64,000 bases of DNA from an uncultured Gemmatimonadales bacterium (GCA_963798845.1 CAWCUS010000005.1:135572-199571), one strand, 5' to 3'; positions 1-10,836 are shown, counted from the first letter of the stretch. Notes: generated by a model not told the origin, from the sequence alone. Program-made: numbers and translations.

Positions 1-68
1 AAGCCTCTCCTCGATCCGCTGCGTCCACGCTCCGTCGATCGCGGGAAACTACCCGTGCGACGCCGACG

Positions 69-104
69 AAAAAAGGGAGGCGGGCCGCCGGCGGCCCGCC
101 TCCC
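69..104 (-). terminator. Intrinsic terminator downstream of rpsA
   Basis: On the minus strand there is a perfect GC-rich hairpin, GGGAGGCGGGCCGCCGGCGGCCCGCCTCCC (75-104). It is followed by TTTTTT (plus-strand A-run 69-74), about 25 nt after the rpsA stop. Confidence 0.8.
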
Positions 105-129
105 CTCGTGCCTGGGCTCTCCCGGGAGC

Positions 130-2301
<2,172 letters not shown>

Positions 2302-2357
2302 GTCCTGGATGCCCTCGTGCGCCGCTGGACCGCGAAGGGCCCCCGACGGTTCGCGTG

Positions 2358-2385
2358 AAAAAAAGGGGCGCGCCTCCCGCGCCCC
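2358..2385 (-). terminator. Terminator-like hairpin plus U-run inside the rpsA 5' leader
   Basis: The minus strand reads GGGGCGCG-GGAGG-CGCGCCCC followed by TTTTTTT (plus-strand A-run 2358-2364). It lies ~55 nt upstream of the rpsA ATG and downstream of the candidate promoter at 2423-2451. Confidence 0.6.
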
Positions 2386-2422
2386 GCACCCGCCCCCTTC
2401 CTGCAGGGCTGGTTAGCCTTTC

Positions 2423-2451
2423 AACCTACGGGGCGAAGGGCAAGAGGTCAA
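2423..2451 (-). promoter_or_regulatory. Candidate sigma70-type promoter for rpsA
   Basis: The minus strand reads TTGACC (2446-2451), a 17-nt spacer, then TAGGTT (2423-2428). The -10 element matches only the T1, A2 and T6 positions of the consensus. Confidence 0.35.
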
Positions 2452-2648
2452 CCGGCGCGCCCCCGCCCCGCGGCAGGCCCGCGCTCATCCCCGACGGCCG
2501 TTCCGAACCCGTCGAGTTCCGCTCTCGCCGCGCAGCCGCGCGCACGCCGCTGGCTCACGGGACGGACCTTTCCTCTTGACTATCTGGAGAAGGGGGTCCA
2601 TCCTTCCTTTAGACCATCTGTAGGAACCCGCTCGGAGCACCCTGACCC

Positions 2649-2990
2649 ATGGCCGAATCCGCCGACCTCCTCCAGGGCACCCTGGAGCTGCTGGCCCTGA
2701 AAACGCTTTCGCTGGCCCCCATGCACGGGTGGGGCATTGCGCAGCGGATCGAGCAGATGTCGAAGGAGGTGTTCCGGGTGAACCAGGGTTCGCTGTATCC
2801 GGCGCTGCAGCGGATGAAGCGGAGGGGGTGGATCCGGAGCGAGTGGCGGGTGACGGAGAACAACCGGCGAGCCCGGTACTACATGCTGACGGCGTCCGGG
2901 GAGAAGCAGCTGGAGCGGGAGCGAGAGACGTGGCGGCGTGCGTCGGGCGCGGTGAACGCCGTGCTGGCGTGGGTTGGAGGGCCGGCATGA
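2649..2990 (+). CDS. PadR family transcriptional regulator
   Basis: 113-aa protein. The winged-helix PadR signature is present: GTLELLALKTLSLAPMHGWGIAQRIEQMSKEVFRVNQGSLYPALQRMKRRGWIRSEW...RARYYMLTASGEKQL. Its stop overlaps the next gene's start (ATGA at 2987-2990). Confidence 0.9.
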   Translation: MAESADLLQGTLELLALKTLSLAPMHGWGIAQRIEQMSKEVFRVNQGSLYPALQRMKRRGWIRSEWRVTENNRRARYYMLTASGEKQLERERETWRRASGAVNAVLAWVGGPA

Positions 2991-5644
2991 GGTGGCTGCG
3001 GGAGGTGCTCGAGCGGGTGCGGTCGCTGGTGTTCCGAGGTCGCGAGGAGCGGGATCTGGAGGAGGAGCTGCGCTTCCACGTGGAGCGGGCGACGGAGTCG
3101 TTCGTCGCGCTGGGCATGACTCCGGAGGAGGCGCGGCGGCGTGCGCTGGTGCAGCTGGGCGGCGTGGAGCGGACGAAGGAGGAGGTGCGGGATGCGCGCG
3201 GCGTTCGACCGCTGGAGGACCTGGCAAGGGACGTCCGATTCGCGTTCCGGACGCTGGGACGGAATCCGGGCTTCACGGTGGCGGCGGTTCTCGTGCTCGC
3301 GCTGGGCATCGGTGCGAACACTGCCATCTTCTCCGCGGTGAACGCGGTGGTGCTGCGGCCGCTGCCGTTCCGGGATCCGGGTCGGCTGTTCATGCTGTGG
3401 GAGTCGAACCCGGAGAAGGGCTGGACGCGGGAAGTGGCGGCGCCGGCGAACATGTACAGCTGGCGGGAGCGGGTGTCAGCGTTCGAGGACGTGGGGGCGA
3501 CGACGGAGGGCGCGTCGTCGATGGTGCTGTTGCGGAACGGCGAGCCGGAGCTGCTCCAGGCGGTGGACGTGACGGGCAACTTCTTCTCGGTCCTGGGGGT
3601 CGAGCCGGAGCTGGGGCGGACGTTCCGGGATGAGGAGACGTGGCGTACGTCGGAGCCTGTGGCGCTGCTGAGCGACGAGGCGTGGCACACGCGGTTCGGC
3701 GCGGACCCGTCGATGGTGGGCAGGCTGCTGGAGCTGGACGGCCAGGCGTACCGCGTGGTGGGGGTCAATCCGCCGGGGCTCGGGATTCCCCACGAGGGCG
3801 TGGATGTCTGGATCACCGTGCGCTGGGATCCGGCCAGTCGCGACGCCGTGTACTTCCGCCGGGCGCACTGGATCCGCCCGGTCGCGCGGCTGCGGCCGGG
3901 GGTCAGCGCGGACCAGGCGAACGCGGAGCTGCAGACGGTGGTGAAACAGCTCCAGGTGGAGTACCCGGAGACGAACCGCCTGATGGGCGCCGGGATGACG
4001 CCGCTGCACCCGTTCCTGCTTGGAGAAACCCGCACGCCGCTGCTGGTGCTCCTGGGCGCCGTCGGTCTGCTGTTGCTCATCGCGTGCGCGAACGTCGGCA
4101 ACCTCATGCTGGTGCGCGCGTGGGAGCGCCGGCGGGAGAACGCGGTGCGTTCGGCGCTCGGAGCGGCGCGAGGACGACTGATCCGGCAGGTGCTGACGGA
4201 GAGCCTCGTCCTCTCGGTCGCGGGCGGCGCGCTGGGGCTCGGGCTCGGCTATGCCGGGACGAGGCTGCTGGAGCGACTTCAGCCCGAAGGTCTGCTGCGC
4301 GTATCGCATTTCGCCATCGATCCGCGCGTGGTTCTGTTCGTCGTGGCCGCCACCACGTTGGCGGGGGTGCTGTTCGGGGCCATCCCGGCGGGCTTCGCCG
4401 CGCACGCGGGCCCCGGGGAGGCGCTGCGCGAGGGCGCACGCGGTGGCGGCCCCGGTCGCCGCACGCGGCGGGTCGTGGGCGGGCTCGTCGTCGCCGAGAT
4501 CGCGCTGGCCCTCCTGCTGGTGGTCGGCGGCGGATTGCTGGTCCGGAGCTTCATGCGTCTGCGCGCCGTGGACCCGGGTTTCGATCCGACCGGTGTGCTG
4601 ACGGTGGGTCTCTACCTCCCCTCGACGCGGTACGACACCCGCGCGCAGGTGGTCTCGTTCTATCGAACGCTCCTGGAGCGGGTGCGGTCGATACCGGGCG
4701 TGGAGTCGGCCGGGGCCACGTCCAACCTGCCACTGGCGGCTCGGGGCTACAGCAGCGACTTCCTGGTGGCCGGGCGGGCACCGGACGAGTACGGCAGCGA
4801 GGTGGTCCACCGGCGGGTGCTGCCGGGGTATTTCTCTACCATGGGGGTGCCGCTCCTGGCCGGCCGGGTGATCGAGGACTCGGACGGTGGCGATTCCGAA
4901 CCCGTGGTGGTGATCAACCAGGCGCTCGCCGGCGATCAGTTCCCGGGCGAGGATCCGGTGGGTCGGCGAATCGCGTTCGACAGGGTCCCCGACTCCACGT
5001 CCACCTGGTGGACCATCGTGGGAGTGGTGGGGAGCGAGCGTCAGAACGGGCTGGCACTGGCGCCGCAGATCGAGGTCTACGAGCCGCTGGCGCAGGAGGT
5101 CACGTCGGGGATGTCGCTGGTGCTGCGGGCGTCGGGTGATCCGGAGTCGCTCACATCCGCGGTACGGGCCATCGTCCGCGAGATGGACCCGCGTCTCCCG
5201 CTTCTCGAAGTGCGGACCATGGACGGGATCCGGCAGGAAGCGCTGGCCCGGGAGCGATTCCTCATGACGCTCCTGCTGGCGTTCGCCGGCGTCGCCCTGC
5301 TGCTGGCGCTGGTCGGGGTGTACGGGGTGACCGCTCAGGCGGCCAGGCAGCGGACCCGGGAGATCGGGATCCGGATCGCCCTTGGGGCGGGCGGGCAGCA
5401 GGTGGTCAGGCTGGCCCTGCGCCAGGGCCTGGGCCTCATCGCCGTCGGCCTGGCGATCGGCATCGCCGGCGCGCTCCTGGCGACCCGGCTCATGACCGCG
5501 CTGCTGTTCCAGATCGATCCCGGAGACCCTCTGACGTTCGGCACCGTTGCCGCGCTCCTGGCCGCCGCAGGGCTCCTGGCCTCGTGGCTGCCCGCGCGCC
5601 GGGCGAGCCGCGTCGATCCGGCCGAGGTGCTCAGGGCCGAGTGA
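2987..5644 (+). CDS. Duplicated MacB/FtsX-type ABC permease, orphan (no adjacent ATPase), ADOP-like
   Basis: The 971-aa ORF is trimmed to the ATG at 2987 (MRWLREVLERV...), giving 885 aa. It has a cytoplasmic helical prefix followed by two copies of a unit consisting of a TM helix, a large periplasmic MacB-like domain and an FtsX 3-TM bundle. Supporting motifs are GFTVAAVLVLALGIGANTAIFS..., ...LIACANVGNLMLVRAWERRRENAVRSALGA... and ...REIGIRIALGAGGQQVV.... It is translationally coupled to PadR. Confidence 0.85.
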   Translation: MRWLREVLERVRSLVFRGREERDLEEELRFHVERATESFVALGMTPEEARRRALVQLGGVERTKEEVRDARGVRPLEDLARDVRFAFRTLGRNPGFTVAAVLVLALGIGANTAIFSAVNAVVLRPLPFRDPGRLFMLWESNPEKGWTREVAAPANMYSWRERVSAFEDVGATTEGASSMVLLRNGEPELLQAVDVTGNFFSVLGVEPELGRTFRDEETWRTSEPVALLSDEAWHTRFGADPSMVGRLLELDGQAYRVVGVNPPGLGIPHEGVDVWITVRWDPASRDAVYFRRAHWIRPVARLRPGVSADQANAELQTVVKQLQVEYPETNRLMGAGMTPLHPFLLGETRTPLLVLLGAVGLLLLIACANVGNLMLVRAWERRRENAVRSALGAARGRLIRQVLTESLVLSVAGGALGLGLGYAGTRLLERLQPEGLLRVSHFAIDPRVVLFVVAATTLAGVLFGAIPAGFAAHAGPGEALREGARGGGPGRRTRRVVGGLVVAEIALALLLVVGGGLLVRSFMRLRAVDPGFDPTGVLTVGLYLPSTRYDTRAQVVSFYRTLLERVRSIPGVESAGATSNLPLAARGYSSDFLVAGRAPDEYGSEVVHRRVLPGYFSTMGVPLLAGRVIEDSDGGDSEPVVVINQALAGDQFPGEDPVGRRIAFDRVPDSTSTWWTIVGVVGSERQNGLALAPQIEVYEPLAQEVTSGMSLVLRASGDPESLTSAVRAIVREMDPRLPLLEVRTMDGIRQEALARERFLMTLLLAFAGVALLLALVGVYGVTAQAARQRTREIGIRIALGAGGQQVVRLALRQGLGLIAVGLAIGIAGALLATRLMTALLFQIDPGDPLTFGTVAALLAAAGLLASWLPARRASRVDPAEVLRAE

Positions 5645-5652
5645 GCCGACGC

Positions 5653-6342
5653 TCAGCCGGTGGTCGGGGCGAGATCCGCGCCCCTGCCGCGGGCCAGCTC
5701 GAGGATCGCACCGACCTGTTCCTCGAAGGTGAGCGCGGTGGTGTCCACCCGCACCGCGTCCTCGGCCGCCCTGAGCGGCGCCACCGCGCGCTGACTGTCC
5801 TGGCGGTCCCGCTCCCTCAGCCGTTCGATCTCATCGAGGAGCGCATCCCGATCGGGGGTGTCCCGGCCACTTTCCTTCAGCCGTCGCTCGGCCCGCACTT
5901 CCGCGGATGCCAGCAGGTACACCTTCAGCTCGGCGTCCGGAAACACCACGGTCCCGATGTCGCGTCCATCCACCACCACGTCCTCCGTTCCCGCCAGCTC
6001 CCGCAGGCGCCCGAGGAGCCACTCCCGCACCACGGGTATGCGGGCCACGTGAGACACGTGGGCGTTGATCTCGGCGGTGCGCAGCTCGGCATCCAGTGGA
6101 CGGTCGGCTGCGCTCAGACGGAGCCGGCCGCCCTCGCGGCTGGCTTCCACCCGGAGAGCATCCAGCTGGTCCGGGGTGATCCCGTCCCACGCCGACTCCG
6201 GGGTTCCGCGGGCGAGCAGCGCGTGCGTCAGCGCGCGGTAGAACGCGCCCGAGTCGACGTGCAGCATCCCCAGGCGATGCGCCACTTCACGTGCGGTGGT
6301 GCTCTTCCCCGATCCGGCCGGACCGTCTATCGCTACGATCAA
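5653..6342 (-). CDS. cmk: Cytidylate kinase
   Basis: The protein contains IVAIDGPAGSGKSTTAREVAHRLGMLHVDSGAFYRALT. The 313-aa ORF is trimmed to the TTG at 6340-6342, which overlaps the aroA stop (TTGA). The upstream extension is Gly/Arg-rich and lies inside aroA. Confidence 0.85.
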   Translation of the reverse strand: MIVAIDGPAGSGKSTTAREVAHRLGMLHVDSGAFYRALTHALLARGTPESAWDGITPDQLDALRVEASREGGRLRLSAADRPLDAELRTAEINAHVSHVARIPVVREWLLGRLRELAGTEDVVVDGRDIGTVVFPDAELKVYLLASAEVRAERRLKESGRDTPDRDALLDEIERLRERDRQDSQRAVAPLRAAEDAVRVDTTALTFEEQVGAILELARGRGADLAPTTG

Positions 6343-7715
6343 TGCGCCTCCAATTGCCTTCTCACGCGCTCCAGCGCGCGCCAGAATCCCGGATAGCTGA
6401 TGGACACCGAGTCCGCGCCCGAGACGGTGATGTCGTTTCCGCGCGCGGCGCCCAGTATGCCGAAGGCCATGGCGATGCGGTGGTCGCCCCGCGCCTCCAC
6501 CTCGCCGATCAGCCTCGCCCCCGGCCGCCCGATCACCGTGAACGCGTCCTCCTCCTCCTCCGCTTCCACCCCCAGCGCGCGCAGGTTGCCGCACAGGGCC
6601 GCCACCCGGTCCGACTCCTTCACCCGCAGCTCCGCCACCCCTTCGAAGCGCGTCGCCCCCTCCGCCCGAGCGGCCACCACGGCGAGCACCGGCACCTCGT
6701 CGATGAGCGACGGGATCCGGTCCGGGGCGACGCGAACCCCCCTCAGGCCATCGCCGGGGGCCGCCTCCACGTCTCCCACGGGCTCACCGGCGCTGACCCG
6801 CGTCTGGGTCGCCTCGATGCGGGCGCCCATGGCACGCAGCACCTCGAGCACCCCGATCCGCCCCGGGTTCAGCCCCACGCCCGTGATGCGTACCGGCCGT
6901 CCCGCGAGTGCGGCCAGGCCGAGGAAGAAGGCTGCCGCGGAGATGTCGCCGGGGACGGTCAGGTCCACGGGCGACAGCAGATCGACCGGCGCGCTCGCCA
7001 CCCGTTCTCCGGCGGCTTCCCGCACCCCGTGCGCCCGGCCCGCCTTTCCGCCGCCCGGGTGTCCGGCCTCCTCCAGGGTCCCGGCGTGCGAGCGCCACGT
7101 TTCCACGGTTGCGCCCATGGCGAGGAGCATCCGCTCGGTGTGGTCCCGCGAGGGGAGCGGCGAAGTGACGTCCACGCGAGCATGCCCGGTCAGGCCGGCC
7201 AGCAGCAGCGCCGACTTCACCTGCGCGCTGGAGCGTGGATTCGCCGCGCGGATCGGCGCGAGCGGCGAGCGTCCCCGGACTCCGATGGGGAGCCGGCCCG
7301 ACTCGCCCAGCTCATCATAGCGAGCGCCGGCGTCCGCGAGCGGCTCCGTCACCCGTCGCATCGGGCGGCGCCGCAGCGAGGCATCCCCCGTGAGGACGGC
7401 CTCCGCGTCGCACCCCGCGAGCAGGCCGAGCAGGAGTCGGGCCGTGGTGCCGCTGTTTGCGCAGTCGATCTCCAGGCCGCGTGGCCGGATTCCATCGAGC
7501 CCGGCACCGCGCACTCGGATCTCGCCCGTGAGCTCGGCGGGGACGGCGAAGCCGAGGTCCCGGAGCGCCGCAGCCGTGGCCCGGGTGTCGGCGGCGTCGA
7601 GGAGGCCGGAGATCCGGCTTTCGCCCGTGGCCAGCGCCGCCAGGAGCAGCGCGCGGTGGCTGATGGACTTGTCGCCCGGGACGGTGATGTCCACGGGCCG
7701 CGCCGAAGAGCCCAC
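6339..7715 (-). CDS. aroA: 3-phosphoshikimate 1-carboxyvinyltransferase (EPSP synthase)
   Basis: The motif VDITVPGDKSISHRALLLAALATGESRISGLLDAADTRATAAALRDLGF is present. The ORF is trimmed to the GTG at 7713-7715, 1 nt after the rnz stop. Confidence 0.9.
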   Translation of the reverse strand: MGSSARPVDITVPGDKSISHRALLLAALATGESRISGLLDAADTRATAAALRDLGFAVPAELTGEIRVRGAGLDGIRPRGLEIDCANSGTTARLLLGLLAGCDAEAVLTGDASLRRRPMRRVTEPLADAGARYDELGESGRLPIGVRGRSPLAPIRAANPRSSAQVKSALLLAGLTGHARVDVTSPLPSRDHTERMLLAMGATVETWRSHAGTLEEAGHPGGGKAGRAHGVREAAGERVASAPVDLLSPVDLTVPGDISAAAFFLGLAALAGRPVRITGVGLNPGRIGVLEVLRAMGARIEATQTRVSAGEPVGDVEAAPGDGLRGVRVAPDRIPSLIDEVPVLAVVAARAEGATRFEGVAELRVKESDRVAALCGNLRALGVEAEEEEDAFTVIGRPGARLIGEVEARGDHRIAMAFGILGAARGNDITVSGADSVSISYPGFWRALERVRRQLEAH

Positions 7716-7716
7716 G

Positions 7717-8643
7717 TCAGGCGTCCGCCCCCGCGTCACGGTAGGGGACGTCGATCTCCATCCCGTCGCGCGCCACTTCGGTGTGCGGGAAGACCGCCCT
7801 CGCTTCCCGCTCGAGCACCGTCGGATCCTGGCCATAGCGCGGGGACAGGTGGGTCAGAACGAGGTCGAGCACACCGGCGTCCCTGGCCATGCGCGCCGCT
7901 TCGCGGGCGGTCGAGTGCTCGGTCTCGCGGGCGCGGGCTGCCTCTTCCTGGGCGAACGTCGCCTCGTGAATCAGCAGGTCGGCGTCCTGCGCGTGCTTCA
8001 CGGTGCTCCGCGTCGGGCGGGTGTCGCCGGTGTAGACCAACCGGCGCCCCGACCGGGGCGGACCCACCACCTCGCCGGGCGTGACCACGCGGCCCTCCAC
8101 TTCCACCGCCTCACCGTGGTGGAGCCGTCCAAACAGAGGCCCCTCCGGGACGCCCAGCTCGCGGGCACGCTCCGGGTCGAAACGGCCCAGACGCGGGTGC
8201 TCGACCAGCACGTAGCCGAGCGACGATCGGCCATGACGCGTGCGGTACGCGACAATGTCGTAGCCGTTGCGCTCGACGCGCTGCTCCGGCTCCAGCTCGT
8301 GGATGTTGACCTCGAAGGGCACCCGCTCGACCCCCAGATGAACCGCTTCGTTCACCGTCTTCCCCTCTCCCCGGCTGCAGTACAGGCGCATCGGCTCCTC
8401 GCGCCCCTGGAGCCCCATGGTCCGGAGCAGCCCCGGCAGCCCGAGCAGGTGGTCGGCGTGCATGTGCGTGAAGAAGATGTCGTGCACGGCGAAACCGGTG
8501 CCGTACCGCATCATCTGTCGCTGAGTCCCTTCCCCGCAGTCGAACAGCAGCGTCTCGCCCAGGCGGTGGACGAGGACCGCGCTCACGTTGCGGGCGACCG
8601 TCGGGCGGCTCGCGGCCGTCCCCAGGAAGACGACCCGGATCAC
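7717..8643 (-). CDS. rnz: Ribonuclease Z (metallo-beta-lactamase fold)
   Basis: 308-aa protein: MIRVVFLGTAASRPTVARNVSAVLV...LFDCGEGTQRQM...IFFTHMHADHLLGLPGLLRTM. The HxHxDH motif is present. It has a GTG start. Confidence 0.85.
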   Translation of the reverse strand: MIRVVFLGTAASRPTVARNVSAVLVHRLGETLLFDCGEGTQRQMMRYGTGFAVHDIFFTHMHADHLLGLPGLLRTMGLQGREEPMRLYCSRGEGKTVNEAVHLGVERVPFEVNIHELEPEQRVERNGYDIVAYRTRHGRSSLGYVLVEHPRLGRFDPERARELGVPEGPLFGRLHHGEAVEVEGRVVTPGEVVGPPRSGRRLVYTGDTRPTRSTVKHAQDADLLIHEATFAQEEAARARETEHSTAREAARMARDAGVLDLVLTHLSPRYGQDPTVLEREARAVFPHTEVARDGMEIDVPYRDAGADA

Positions 8644-9029
8644 CGGCGACCTCCCACCCGCGGTCCGCGGCTGCCGCGCCCATCACGATCACGCGTCGAC
8701 CGCAACCGCCTCGCCAGCGGCAGCGCCCATAGCCCGGCGCTCGCCGCATAGAAGGGCCGGGCCCAGGGCGTGAACGACGGGACCACCAGGAGCGCGGCCC
8801 ACCCGGCCGCCTGCGCGGCCGCCCCAGCACGGCCTCGCCTGGCCTCGCGACCCTCGCGCCGAGTCTCCTGGAGTGCGGTCAGGTCGCCGCGCCGGGCCTG
8901 CATCCGAGCCATCTCGTCCGTCCATATGCTGGTAGCCTCATGACGCAGGAATCGGAACGCCGCCCGAACGAGCTGCCAGGCGACGGCCGCGATCCCCGCG
9001 ACGGCGAGGAAGTCCAGAGCCGTTTCCAC
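8640..9029 (-). CDS. Hypothetical small membrane protein
   Basis: 129-aa ORF with a GTG start and high third-position GC. It has two hydrophobic segments (FLAVAGIAAVAWQLV and AAGWAALLVVPSF). Its stop overlaps the rnz start (GTGA). I do not recognise any family. Confidence 0.45.
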   Translation of the reverse strand: METALDFLAVAGIAAVAWQLVRAAFRFLRHEATSIWTDEMARMQARRGDLTALQETRREGREARRGRAGAAAQAAGWAALLVVPSFTPWARPFYAASAGLWALPLARRLRSTRDRDGRGSRGPRVGGRR

Positions 9030-9150
9030 GGGGGCAACCTACCCGCGGCCGCCGCGCCGCGGCAAGCGCGGGCAACGCTCGAGACACCCCGCGGCATCCA
9101 ACGTTCGAGCGGCCGGAAACGGTTGCGATACCAGCGATCCCAGCAGGAGC

Positions 9151-10071
9151 GTGAACATGAAGATTGCTTCCATCCGTGCGGCGGCGCGTGCCATCCCGTT
9201 GGCATTGGGTGCGGCCGCCGTCACCGCCACGATCGCGAGCGCCCAGGTGGTCGACACGGTGCGCGAGCGCCAGACCTGCATCTGTGCTCCGGGCGCTATG
9301 CCCGCTCCTGGCGCGCCGGGCGCCCACGGGCTCATCGCACCGCGCGCCATGTCGTTCAGCATGCTCGGTAACCACGGCCGCCTCGGCATTCTGCTGGGCG
9401 ATGAGGTGGACATCGACGGAGGGGCCGGCGTGCGGGTCGCGGACGTGGTGAAGGGGGGCCCCGCCGAGCGCGCCGGGCTGCGGACCGGCGACGTCATCAC
9501 GGCGCTCGACGGTCAGCCCCTCGGCGATGACCCCGCCCGGGGCATCATGGACCGCATGGCCGACGTCGAGCCCGGAGACACCGTCTCCGTCTCCTATCAG
9601 CGCGACGATCGAGCCTTGCAGGCGCGCGTCGTGACCGGACGCGACCCCGTCCGTGAGCTGATCGTTTCCGGAGCCCCCGGCGCCACCCGCTTCCGTGTAG
9701 CCCCCGCCGCCCCCGCACGGCCGGGTCAGCCCGGCAACGTCTGGGAGATCGGCGGCAATCGGTCCGACAGGCCCATGATGTGGCAGATGCAGGGGGCACC
9801 CGGCGGGGTGGAGCTCGTCGACATGAACGAGGGGCTCGGCGACTACTTCGGCACCGACGACGGGGCCCTCGTCACCGCGGTCCGCGATGACGACCTCGGC
9901 CTCCGGGCCGGCGACGTGATCCTGTCCATCGGCGACCGCGAGGTGAAGAACGCCGCCCACGCCCGCGAGATCATCGCCTCCTACCGCCACGACGAGACGA
10001 TCCGTTTCAACATCGTCCGCGAGAAGAAGCGCATGACGGTCAGCGGCCACAGCGAGTCTCCCGGCGAGTAG
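9151..10071 (+). CDS. Secreted protein with two PDZ domains and no protease domain
   Basis: There is a signal-peptide-like N-terminus (MNMKIASIRAAARAIPLALGAAAVTATIASAQ). Two PDZ-like segments are present: GVRVADVVKGGPAERAGLRTGDVITALDGQPL and GALVTAVRDDDLGLRAGDVILSIGDREV. Confidence 0.7.
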   Translation: MNMKIASIRAAARAIPLALGAAAVTATIASAQVVDTVRERQTCICAPGAMPAPGAPGAHGLIAPRAMSFSMLGNHGRLGILLGDEVDIDGGAGVRVADVVKGGPAERAGLRTGDVITALDGQPLGDDPARGIMDRMADVEPGDTVSVSYQRDDRALQARVVTGRDPVRELIVSGAPGATRFRVAPAAPARPGQPGNVWEIGGNRSDRPMMWQMQGAPGGVELVDMNEGLGDYFGTDDGALVTAVRDDDLGLRAGDVILSIGDREVKNAAHAREIIASYRHDETIRFNIVREKKRMTVSGHSESPGE

Positions 10072-10139
10072 CCCCCCGAGGGGCCTGCGGGCGCCCATGT
10101 TTGAGAAAGGGCCGCAACGCGCGTTGCGACCCTTTCCTA

Positions 10140-10222
10140 TGCCGGGGGCGGGGTTCGAACCCGCACGGGCCGAAGCCCAGGGGATTTTAAGTCCCCCGCG
10201 TCTACCATTTCGCCACCCCGGC
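10140..10222 (-). tRNA. tRNA-Leu (anticodon UAA), class II with a long variable arm
   Basis: The reverse complement reads GCCGGGGTGGCGAAATGGTAGACGCGGGGGACTTAAAATCCCCTGGGCTTCGGCCCGTGCGGGTTCGAACCCCGCCCCCGGCA. The acceptor stem is GCCGGGG/CCCCGGC, the anticodon loop is CTTAAAA, and the T-arm is GCGGG-TTCGAAC-CCCGC. No CCA is encoded. Confidence 0.9.
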
Positions 10223-10362
10223 GGGGCTCGTAGGATGGTGGCCTCGCGGCGCCGCCGCCAGACCCCTGTGCGGTTCCCCACCTCATCCGGTTCCTCGCTC
10301 CCGCGGATTCGGCTACGTTTGCTTGCGGCCGATGCCGGCCGCGCGTCACCACCGGAGGGCTC

Positions 10363-10836
10363 TTGAAGGCATCGAAGCGCACGCTCACCGTTCTCGCTGC
10401 CACGATCTGGTACGGCGGTGGGATCGCGCTCCTCCTGAAGGGGAGCAGCTACGTCGTCGCGGCCGCCGGCCTCCACGCTCACGAGCTCATCCCCTGGGCC
10501 ATGGCCGCCGTGGGACTCCTGGTAGGCGGCGTGCGCGGACGCGCGGCCTTCGCCCGTGGCTGCCGGAAGAACCTCGCCCGCATTCACGCCCTGGACGACC
10601 CCCGCCTCTGGCAGTTCTTCCGCCCCGGCTTCTTCTTCGCGCTCATCCCCATGGTGGGCGCCGGAATCCTCCTCCGCACCCTTGCCGACGCCGGCGGCTT
10701 CTGGGCGGAGACCACCGTCGGCTCTCTCGAGCTCATGATCGCCCTCGCCCTCCTCATGAGCGGCGTCGAGTTCTGGGTCTGGCGTCGAAACGCCTCCGGC
10801 AGCCAACCCGTAAGCGCTAGCGGACCAGTCATTTAA
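10363..10836 (+). CDS. Hypothetical integral membrane protein (about 4 TM helices)
   Basis: 157-aa ORF with a TTG start, preceded by GGAGGG. It has four hydrophobic helices, for example LTVLAATIWYGGGIALLL, LIPWAMAAVGLLVGG and FFFALIPMVGAGILL. I do not recognise any family. Confidence 0.5.
   Translation: MKASKRTLTVLAATIWYGGGIALLLKGSSYVVAAAGLHAHELIPWAMAAVGLLVGGVRGRAAFARGCRKNLARIHALDDPRLWQFFRPGFFFALIPMVGAGILLRTLADAGGFWAETTVGSLELMIALALLMSGVEFWVWRRNASGSQPVSASGPVI

Noticed and set aside
2461-2560. A GC-rich, apparently structured stretch between the rpsA promoter region and the PadR gene, considered as a possible small RNA (SRP-like AGGUCCG motif).
   Set aside because: There is no match to the conserved SRP, tmRNA, RNase P or 6S cores that I can recognise, and no clear promoter-terminator pair bracketing it. 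It more probably holds the divergent promoter region.
10140-10222. tRNA genes (Leu, Gly/Cys, Met) as possible integration sites of genomic islands.
   Set aside because: No integrase, direct repeat of a tRNA 3' end, or foreign-looking gene block flanks any of the four tRNAs. The neighbouring genes are core metabolism.
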